Positions 51,389 to 61,300 of a DNA stretch of 64,000 nucleotides are shown piece by piece. The stretch's first letter is position 1, and every line of letters starts with the position of its first letter. The translations under genes were made by a program, and so were the position numbers. The notes under the pieces are model-generated. The model was not told where the DNA came from. It made no database searches and was given only the letters and a program-made list of their open reading frames with translations. The stretch comes from Takakia lepidozioides (taxonomy: Eukaryota > Plantae > Bryophyta): the NCBI GenBank assembly GCA_030704615.1, contig CM060732.1:53382001-53446000 (forward strand), written 5' to 3'.

Positions 51389-53254
51389 ATGGTTTTCACA
51401 GAAGCGTCGGAGATCACGAGCCTAAATAAGCAAACAGAGGCCCTTGGGATTGAGGGTTGGTCTAACCATCCTTGGTGGAAAGCAGGTCCACTTGCTGTGG
51501 TACAACGTAGAGTACATTTTCAAAATCTTCCTGATTATGAGTCTGGTCAAAGCTGGGTTATAGACAAATTCAATTATCACCAACAATTGGCTTGTCTTAT
51601 GGGACCACCAGGGGGAGTTGACAAGAACCCCTCTGGAACTTGTGGTGATGTGAGAGCACTAAGTAAGGCAGGACAACTGAAAGAGGCGCTGCGCATTTTG
51701 AACCAACGAGGCATTCAGGCAGACTCCAATACTTATGCCTGTGTCTTGCAGGAGTGCATCCACATGCAATGCCCAGCAGAGGGGAAGCAGGTGCATGCTC
51801 ACATCATTGAAAGTGGATTCAAGCCGAATACCTTTTTGCTCAACACCCTTCTCAACATGTATGCCAAGTGCGGAAATGTGGTGGATGCACGGCAAGTGTT
51901 TGACAAAATGCCTGAAAGAGATATATGCACATGGAATATCATGATAGCAGGATATGCCAAGCATGGGTATGGTAGGGAGGCTCTTGAGATCTTTGAGCAA
52001 ATGAAACAGACGGGGTTGATGCCCAATAAGGTCACATTCATTTGTGTCCTCAAGGCGTGTGCAAGCCTTGCATCCCTGGAAAGAGGCACAGAGGTCCACA
52101 CTAATATTACTGACGCTGGAATTTCTTTGGATATAATGTTGGAGACTGCCCTTGTGCACATGTATGCCAAATGCAGGAGCATGAAATATGCACGTCAAGT
52201 GTTTGACAATATGGTTCAACGTAATGTGGTCTCATGGAGTGCGATGATCGCAGGATATGCTCACCATGGATGTAGTAGAGAGGCATTCAATATCTATGAG
52301 CAAATGGTGTTGGAAGGTGTGACGCCTAACATTGTCACTTTTATTTCCGTTCTCAATGCATGTGCCAGCCTTGCAGCCCTGGAAAAGGGCAAAGTGGTCC
52401 ATTCGGACATCATCAACGCTGGGATTGTGCCAGATATCTATCTAGAGAATTCTCTTGTCGACATGTATGCCAAATGTGGGAGCATGAAGGATGCACGTCA
52501 GATGTTTGACAATATGGCTAAGCGAGATGTGGTATCATGGAGCGCCCTGATAGCTGGATATGCCCAGCTTGGGTTGTGTAGGGATGCTTTCGAGATGTAC
52601 GAGAAAATGAAATGGGAAGCTGTAACGCCCAACAGGGTCACCTTCATATGCATTCTGAAGGCGTGTACCAGCATGGCAGGCCTTGGCAAAGGCAAAGAAG
52701 TCCATTCTGACATCATCAAAGCTGGAATTGTGCCAGATGTCATTCTGAAGACTGCCCTTGCTGACATGTATGCCAAATGCGGGAGCATGAAGGATGCGTG
52801 CCAAGTGTTTGACAAAATGGAACAAAGAAATGAGGTCTCATGGAATGTCATGCTTGCAGGATATGCTCAGCATGGGTGTGGTAGGGAGGCCCTGCAACTG
52901 TTTGAAGAAATGAAACAGGAGGGCTTGAAACCAAATGGTATTACTTTTGTATGTCTTCTCACTGTGTGTAGCCATCTGGGCCTAGTGGAGGAAGGCTGTC
53001 ACTACTTCAATACCATGAGTCGAGATCATAGCCTCACTCCTACAGTAGAGCATTTTGGTTGCATGGTGGACCTTCTTGGGCGCGCAGGCAAATTGGATGA
53101 GGCAAAGGACCTAATTACCAATATGCCAATTGAACCAGATGCTTCAGTGTGGGGAGCCTTGCTTGGTGCCTGCAGAGTTCATGGTGATGTGGAGGCCGCA
53201 GAATGTGCAGCCAAATGCCTTCTTAAGCGCGATTCACAGCAGCGTGGAATGTAA
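51389..53254 (+). CDS. PLS-class PPR protein (RNA-editing factor type) with frameshifted E domain and no DYW; start uncertain, possibly a pseudogene
   Basis: Four to five P-L-S triplets (LVxMYAKCG...A.QVFD.M..R.VVSW..MIAGYA.HG), P2-L2-S2 (HFGCMVDLLGRAG), E1 (MPIEPDASVWGALLGACRVHG); remaining E/E+ motifs (ANIHAAAGQW, KEPGCKCIEI) out of frame at 53255-53465. Confidence 0.9.
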   Translation: MVFTEASEITSLNKQTEALGIEGWSNHPWWKAGPLAVVQRRVHFQNLPDYESGQSWVIDKFNYHQQLACLMGPPGGVDKNPSGTCGDVRALSKAGQLKEALRILNQRGIQADSNTYACVLQECIHMQCPAEGKQVHAHIIESGFKPNTFLLNTLLNMYAKCGNVVDARQVFDKMPERDICTWNIMIAGYAKHGYGREALEIFEQMKQTGLMPNKVTFICVLKACASLASLERGTEVHTNITDAGISLDIMLETALVHMYAKCRSMKYARQVFDNMVQRNVVSWSAMIAGYAHHGCSREAFNIYEQMVLEGVTPNIVTFISVLNACASLAALEKGKVVHSDIINAGIVPDIYLENSLVDMYAKCGSMKDARQMFDNMAKRDVVSWSALIAGYAQLGLCRDAFEMYEKMKWEAVTPNRVTFICILKACTSMAGLGKGKEVHSDIIKAGIVPDVILKTALADMYAKCGSMKDACQVFDKMEQRNEVSWNVMLAGYAQHGCGREALQLFEEMKQEGLKPNGITFVCLLTVCSHLGLVEEGCHYFNTMSRDHSLTPTVEHFGCMVDLLGRAGKLDEAKDLITNMPIEPDASVWGALLGACRVHGDVEAAECAAKCLLKRDSQQRGM

Positions 53255-54013
53255 GTGCTACAGGCAAACATCCATGCTGCAGCTGGCCAGTGGGAGGATA
53301 AAGCAAAATGCCTGAAGTGGCAATCCACAGCAGGCTGGAACTTAGGCGATACCATCGAACATCTATGCTGCAGCTGGCCAGTGAGAGATTAAAGTGAGGA
53401 GGAGAATTTGAGGAGAGGAGCTGGTGTGAAAAGGAACCAGGATGCAAGTGCATTGAGATAGTCAATGGATGCCTAAAATTTTAATCCAGAAATCGAGGAA
53501 GACTGTTGTCACAATTAAGATCTTACATGCATGTGCTGCAGAGCTGACATCGACTGTGAGTCTGTTTCAGCAATAGTAGTCTCGGTAACATAGAAGTACC
53601 TTAGCATGTTTTGCATCTCGGCATCCAGCTGCTTCCAGTACGTCTAACAGGTAAATTCATTTCTTGGTACTTCTAACACTTTTAACTGTTCATGTTTGGA
53701 CCGCTGGCTAGCTGGTGTACTTCATAAGTACTCTGCATGAGAGCTCATGAAAATAGAAGCTGCTATATTAATTAATAGAAAACTGCCTTACCCTCAATAT
53801 GTAGCGCAAGATTTATTTTAAGAAAATTTAGGGAGTAGGAAGATGGCATGAGGAAGTGAGGGGAGGGGTGGAAGGGAGAGGAAGCACAGAGGGACAAGGG
53901 GGTTCCATGGGTGGACAGGTGGGGCCCAGGTGGAGGGACACCTGCAAAGAGGAAAAGGCATTGTTTAATTTATGGAAGGTGAAAAATAGCCAAGGCATTG
54001 GAAGAACCAATGT

Positions 54014-54406
54014 TCAGCATGGACTTCTTTGCCTTTTCTTGAGTGCTCCGAGGCTGCCACACACATCAAGAACACATGTGAATGTGACCCTGTCGGGTGT
54101 CACCACTTCCTGTTGCATTTGCTTACAGATCTTTAAAGCCTCCCAGCCAAACCCATGCTTGGCATATCCAGCGATCATGACATTCCATGAGACCAAATCT
54201 CGTTGAGTCATATTGTCAAACACCTGACATGCATCCTTTATGCTCCCGCATTTGGCATACATATTAACCAGGGTATTCTCCAGAATGATGTCTGGCACAA
54301 TTCCACTTTTGCTAATGTCCGCATGTACCTGTTTGCCCTTGTCCAGGGCTTCTAGGCTGGTGCACGCATTGAGAATACAAATGAATGTGACCCTATTGGG
54401 TTTCAC
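54014..54406 (-). pseudogene. Isolated PLS-PPR fragment in inverted orientation
   Basis: One L-S-P triplet (PNRVTFICILNAC...LVNMYAKCGSIKDACQVFDNM...VSWNVMIAGYAKHG), no ATG start, flanks non-coding. Confidence 0.88.
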
Positions 54407-56152
54407 GCTTTTCAGCTTAGATTGTGGTTCCTAGCTTCAGCCAAAAACATCAATATTAATGCTAAGTAACAGGATCGTGGTTCACTGTGTGCTAGCGTTT
54501 AGGGCTGAGTTTTCATACCCGGGGTGAAATCCACACAGCTGGCTCCTCATGGCCTGCTATTGCCATACATCATAGCCGATGTCCGCAGGGAACCGTCAGT
54601 GAATAAACCTTTCTCTGCCCTCTGTCCATCCCTCAGTATGACTTGCATGGATCTGCACAGTTCCGGAGGGCCACAAAAATGTACGTGGGTCAAAACTAGC
54701 ACCGCACACCTTCTGAATACCATCATCTATGTTTAAACAGGTTCCGTCCCGCGAAGGGACAACTTTGACTGACTGACGAAAACCTCTTCAATATTCTAGA
54801 ATTAGCTGTTGCTATGCCAGAATCTGCTATTGTGCCACAATCCATCGATGCACAAGACAACAACTCATACTGTTGCTTCTGCACTGGTACTAAAACTAAC
54901 AGCCAAAGATAGAAATCGCCCAATACTCAGCAACAACGAAAGGACAGGAGACGCACCCATCACTCTTGCAGGTGTGCTTCGGTGAACCCCCCCACATTGT
55001 GTGTCCCTAAATTGATCGTTAGTGTTTGCACCCATTCAATGTTTCCATCGCTATCCTGCTGAGCAGCCCGGACCAACTGTAGCATGATGGGATCATCCAT
55101 CAACCCAGCCCTGACACAATAAGGGTGTGCAAGTGCACCCTGGGCACTGATAAGTTGGAGGCCTTTGAAGCCCAACATCCCTTGCAGAAGCCCCCAAGGA
55201 ACCCCACCAACCATATGCGGATATCTCAAATCCGTGTCGGACATCCTCGTTTAGCTTTGCCTCCACCAATTCACGCCAAGCTGCCTCTGAGGCACCTGCT
55301 TGTCAACAAAGCGGGAGATTAATGAGGCCGATTGCAACAGTAATCGCCAAGAGTGTGCTGTATACAACGGGTCCTGGTACACTGGAATGAAGAACAGCTT
55401 CAGACAGTACAGTTATATTGGATAGCTCCCGAAGGATGACCGCACCTCGGACGGCCTCTAAATAACCGTACAGAGGCTTTAGGTAGGGCTATACTAAAAA
55501 CAGTGGACATACCGCATTTCCTCAAGATCCGTCAATGTCCATGAAAATGCAATTGAAGCTAGCTCCGTGATTCATGAAACATCTGGCAGGTTTTCATTTG
55601 GGTCGCGGCCATTGATTGAAGTATCATGTCCGATAAGCTATGGTAACTACGCTAGAGCAGATTACAGAGCTCTATGAAGTGTAATGAACTTGGAGAGAAT
55701 TTAGAGAACTGTCGGCTCACCCAGGCCTCCCCTCCGCTCCCCTCCCAGGCGCTTTCCCGACTTTTCCTGGGCAAAACCACCTAAATGGAATGATGGATGC
55801 CATGAAAGTTCTCTGGTTTACTTTTGCTATTTCTGGTAGGAAAAAGTTTTCCCAAAAGGGAGCATGGCAAAAGGGGGAAAAAACTTTTATGGTGACTGAC
55901 TGAGTATATACTGCGCTCAGCTGGCTTATATGCAGTTAGACGCACGACAGGCGCTAGCTGCAAGGAGCAAGCTTTGGCAAGACACCCACCTGCACGTTGA
56001 TCGTAGTAGCATATTAGAAGCAGCAGATTGTAGAAGTAGAGAATCTGGTACTCATGCAGCCCTTCGGTATAATCTCGACATGCTGCTTTTCTTCATTCTC
56101 CTCAGATCTCCGGGAGGGGTTGTTGCAGGGTGAGAGTGAAGTACAGGCGAGG

Positions 56153-57151
56153 ATGAATGGTTCTGAAAAAGGTGTTAGACCAACAGTGGTGGGCAGGAAG
56201 TACAGTCTTGGGCGGAAAATTGGGAAAGATGGTTCTGGTGAGGTCTATGAGGGTACCCATATTGAAACTGGCGATAAATATGCAATCAAACTGGAGCGTC
56301 TGAAGAAGAATCCTGCAACGCGTTTGGACGGTAACCGGTCCAAATTGTCGAACGAGGCCATAATGTACATGTTGTTGAAGCGCTTAAATGGGATAGCGAA
56401 AACAAGTTGGTATGGTGTAGAAGGGGACTACCAAGTCATGGTTTTTGAGTTATTGGGACCGAGTCTGGCCGACTTGTTCAAACTTTGCAATCGGAAGTTT
56501 TCGTTGAAAACTGTGCTGATGCTTGCAGATCAGCTGATCGACAGATTGGAATCCGTGCACGGAAATCGTGTCATTCATAGAAATCTCAAACCTGAAAACA
56601 TACTCATGGGGCCGCCTTCGGATGATGACGCCCAATATAAAGTCTACGTCACTGATTTCGGCTCCGGTGTTCGATATTGGGATTATATAACTTACGAACA
56701 TATATGTTACAGAGAAAACATCGCGGAGCCAATTGATAATGCGAATTTTGCCAGCATCAACACGCATCGTGGTATTGAACAAAGCAGGAGAGACGACTTG
56801 GAGTCGCTTGGTTATATCCTCATGTATTTTCTTATGGGAAGCTTGCCAAAAGTGTCCAGTACTTCGTGGAGAAAGATCGAGAAGCACGATGAGTTGATAA
56901 AAAACATAACAGATGAGACTGTGCGAGAAGTTCCACCAGAGTTTGCCGACTACTTCAAGTATTGTCGCTCCTTAGGCTTTGATGAGACGCCCGACTATGC
57001 ATATTTGAAGAGGTTGTTTAGTGATCTCTTCACCAGAGAGGGCTTCAAACTCGATTACCAGTTCGACTGGACAGAGGAACAACAGTCTGCAATGAAAACA
57101 AACTGCTTCACCATTTTCAGCCATTTCTTCTCGATCCTCAGCCAAGACTGA
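56153..57151 (+). CDS. Casein kinase 1-like protein, intronless, probable pseudokinase
   Basis: ELLGPSLADLFKLCNRKFSLKTVLMLADQLIDR, ASINTHRGIEQSRRDDLESLGY, PDYAYLKRLF; catalytic loop HRNLKPEN, G-loop GKDGSG. Confidence 0.9.
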   Translation: MNGSEKGVRPTVVGRKYSLGRKIGKDGSGEVYEGTHIETGDKYAIKLERLKKNPATRLDGNRSKLSNEAIMYMLLKRLNGIAKTSWYGVEGDYQVMVFELLGPSLADLFKLCNRKFSLKTVLMLADQLIDRLESVHGNRVIHRNLKPENILMGPPSDDDAQYKVYVTDFGSGVRYWDYITYEHICYRENIAEPIDNANFASINTHRGIEQSRRDDLESLGYILMYFLMGSLPKVSSTSWRKIEKHDELIKNITDETVREVPPEFADYFKYCRSLGFDETPDYAYLKRLFSDLFTREGFKLDYQFDWTEEQQSAMKTNCFTIFSHFFSILSQD

Positions 57152-58349
57152 TTACTGCAATCTTTGTGAAATGAATAGAGCTTCATGTGCAATTTATGGC
57201 TAAGAGATTAGTGTAACATTGATAGAGATTGAGGAAGTTTCCAACACAGGGAGATGAAATCTACATAGCTGTTATTGAACTTGTTGTTCATTTTATTGCT
57301 TCAGTTGAATTCTTTCATTTTCGGTTTATGTCCAAAGCTTAGAATGCCATTGCCAGTTCATGTTGAGCTTCAGAGTGTTGGCTTTGTATGGCTTTTCAAA
57401 GAGACATCAAAGAGACAGAAGTTTGGGTGACCAATTTAGCAATGAGCTCCATTGTGCAGTGGATGATCTTATGTGGGTAGAGGACTTGGGTAAAAAGGGG
57501 AAACACAAGTTTGTGACTTAGCCAGTTAATTATATCTAAAGTGCCAGACTTGGAAGAAATTGACTCATGGGCCTTTATTTTCAATTTATAGTGCAGCAGG
57601 ATGGATGATTGTATATTCAGTACTCTGCCGTCCGCTGGATCCATCAATCTTTCATTCACACAGGTTTTTTGAATTCACTTCTGTGCAGTTAAACCCAGTT
57701 ATTAGGGAAAGGCACACTGCACTTTTCTCACGAGGTCATATGACTGAATAAAACAATCAGTTTTCTTGTTATTTTGACACGATCTTCTGGAGTCTCCCTT
57801 CTGTTCCAATCTTGCATCCACAGTGAAGCATACTTGAGGATAACCACATTGACTACGAACTTCTTGCACTGCACCAACTGCCCATACTGCTTCTCATGTA
57901 AGAACTGCATTTTAGTCTGAAGATCAACTGCTTTCAGATAAGTGTTTTCTAGAAAAAAAACATGGAAAGAACCAGGATCGAAAGTTATAAGCAAGCCTAT
58001 CTATATCCAATTCAATCATAAAGATTTATCTTTCCTCTTCTGATTGATACCGATTGACTGCTAAATTTCCTTTCTTTTCTCCACAATAGACTGCTCACAT
58101 AGGAAGCACTGTAGATATCCATGCAGTCACATGGCATTAATGGCACACATTTGCATACGCATCATGGGGCATGTGCACCATACCACACATGAATCTTAGA
58201 GAACTTCCGACTTGTGAGTCACAGGCAAAGGCAACCATTAAAAGGATGACCCCTTCGTCAGAGGTCTGAAAAACAGTAGCATGCTGTCCATGGTACGTAA
58301 CAATCAACCCTGCTTGGTGCACTTAGAAATGGGCACCAAGAAAACCCAA

Positions 58350-61300
58350 CTATTTTCTTTTCTTCCTAGGGGGCTCTTTCCTCCGTCCTTCAGACTCCTC
58401 ACTGCTACTATCGTCGACATCACTGCTGCTTCTCTGTGTCTCCAATTTCCTCAATATGTTGTCTTCTTGCCCGCTGCCTCCATCTGCCCTATCTCTTCCA
58501 AATTGCTGATTTGAAGTACTAAGATCAACAGCAGCTGCAACCACATCAGCTGCCTCCCCAAAGCTCCAACCAACAAAGTCCTCCTGTGAGTGCTCAGGAA
58601 AGAGGGCACTGGGGATTGTGTGGTAAAATGCTAATGGTACTGCCTTCAACCGCTTTCCTACCTGCAACATCAGATTAATTCAGTTGGTTACAAATGAGCC
58701 CCTAAACACCCTAAGGCAGCACCCTAAACACCCTAAACTCTCTGTAGCAGACTGGTCGGGAGAGCGCAAAATGCACATAAGCAATTTTGATTTGAAGAAT
58801 AGTTGTCCCCTAGCTAGGTACAAAAAGAGAGGATCTCCCTTCAAATGTAGTGCTCAGCCATAGCACATCCTTACCACGAACCGAGGAACCATTTCAGCCT
58901 CACCTCAACTCAATCAACTTTCCTCCCTCCATTTTCTCACTACCTGATCTCTCTGATCTTCCACAACATCTCTCATTTACATCTCCATATCCCACCTTTA
59001 TCCTTCAAGCTCTCTGACAGTCACTATTATCCTTCAGCCAGCTCTTCATTTCCCCACAAGAAATTTCAATCTAGGGATGCAAACATTGTCGCAGGAGCTG
59101 AGTCTCTTCTTAATGTCAGTCATCCTGCATTTCCCTTTGGAGCGGGCTCTATAGACAGTAGATGCAGGGCCTGAAACTGCAGCCATGATATGCACCAAAG
59201 GCATCCAAATACTTTCTCAGGCTGGACATCCTCATCTTTTAAATTGAATCAACGAGTACCCCGTGTACAACATATCGATTGGCTGCAAACTTGGGATGAA
59301 GTTATCAGCCTCTCACAGGCAACAGCAATTTGATTTCAAGCCACAAAGTTAGTTCTAATGTAACATTTTTATCATGTACAACATATAGATTGGCTGCAAC
59401 CTTGGATGAAGTTATCAGTTTCTACAGGCAACAGCAATTCAATTTTAAGGCACTAAGTTAGTTCTCATATACTATTTTTGTTGGTTTCGAGATATCTCCA
59501 TACTTGGAATTCTAACCCAAAAAAGTACTGAGAAAATCTGACTAGAGTTAGGAATTTTCAGAAGAAAAATCCAGGAACAAACAGCAAAGAAAAGATAAAC
59601 AGAAACAAGAAAATAGGAAATAGGAAGAAAAAGAAGCAAGGACAAGAAAGACAAGGATACAAACAAAACAATGAGCACAGATTCATATTGAGCCCATAAA
59701 CAGTGGTCAAGACTTGCAGATCCAGGTCCAGGTCCTTGAGAACCTCTTCTACTCTCTTCTGCCAGGACTTAGCGGCGGTCCTGTTTCCAAGATATAGAGT
59801 CGATTAACTTAGGATATCTGGTGTTGGACATATGTTGCAGCTGACCCCACCATCTGACCTTGAATTCATCTCGTCGGGAGCTTAAGGACGGAATGCCAAA
59901 CTCACCCACATTGGCTGTTTTGGAGCATGCTGACATACACTCCTTAAGCACCCCCACTTGAATGGATTCTAGAGACTTAGCCTGGTTGGAGTTATCAACC
60001 CATATAGCAGATCCGTACTCCAAGGCAGGTCTAATAACGCGACAAAGCATGGCTTTCTTAACCTGTGAGTTGACCCCTCTGCAGTGGAAAAATTTAGTGA
60101 GCCCCAGAGCTTTGCCCTTGCCAGTTTGAACAACTTTCCGGATATGTGCATCCCAATTACAATTGGAGGAAAACTCAACGCCCAGGTAAGTGTAGGAAGG
60201 GAGGACCGGGATCTCTTGGCTACCCCACTGCCACATAAGATCACTTCCTCCCTCTCCTCTGACGTGAATGCTACCACTGCACATTTGCTGACATTAGCCT
60301 CTAGCCCCCAAAGATCAAAGTATCTCTTCGCGCAATCAATCAACTCCTGGAGATTGGTTGGAGTCTCCCCTATGCCTGCGAAGTCATCCGCAAACATAAG
60401 GGCTGGTATGGTGGTATCACCCACCCTTAACCCAAATCCCTCACTTTCCACATCCTCGAGGAGTTGATTGATGAAAACATTGAAGAGCAGAGGGGAGAGA
60501 GTACATCCTTGAGCTACACCTTGGTCTATGTCAAGGAAGTTGGACTTCTGTCCGTTAACAGTGACACAGTTTTGGTGTGAGCATACAAGTTGTGGACAAC
60601 TCTCCACATCTTTCCCTTGATCCCACAAGACCAGAGGCGGAACCATAGGCCATCTCTCCACACTGTGTCATAAGCCTTTATGACATCCAGGAAGAAAACA
60701 TAAGTGGGTTTCCCTTCTTTTTTCCTCCCCTGGATAATCTGGCTTAGAGTGAAGATATGATCCACACAGCCCCTGTTTCGCCGAAAGCCAGCTTGGCCTT
60801 TCGTACTTATAACTCTGCCGAATGTCTTGCCAACAGCATTGAGGAGCGTGATGCCACAGTAGTTCCCCGGTTCTTCTCTGTCACCCTTCTTGTATAGATT
60901 GACAATGACCCCCTGTCGCCAACGAAAGGGGATCATTTCAGTCTTCCAGATAAGGTTAAAGAGGAGAACTAGGGCCTCTATCATGGGATCGGCACCGTGC
61001 TTGATAAGCTCGTTGACAATACCATCAGGTCCACCAGCTTTATATCCGTTTAAATGTTCAATTGCTTCTACAATCTCAGAAGAACTAATGGGAGCGTTAT
61101 AAGCCATTGAAATATACTCCAGTTCATCAAGGCTGTTTTGAATCATAGGAAAAGTTTTTCCAACTGTGTCCCTCCATTCAGCAGAAGACCCCTCACTGTT
61201 AGACCTAAAAGTTCTGCCAAGGATACTGTAGTGAGTTTCAAAGGTTTTGACAATGTCAACCGATGAAGTCACCACTGTACCTTTAGTAGTCTTCAGCGCT

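Noticed and set aside
54700-55330. ORF 54960-55244 and neighbours
   Set aside because: No recognisable domain
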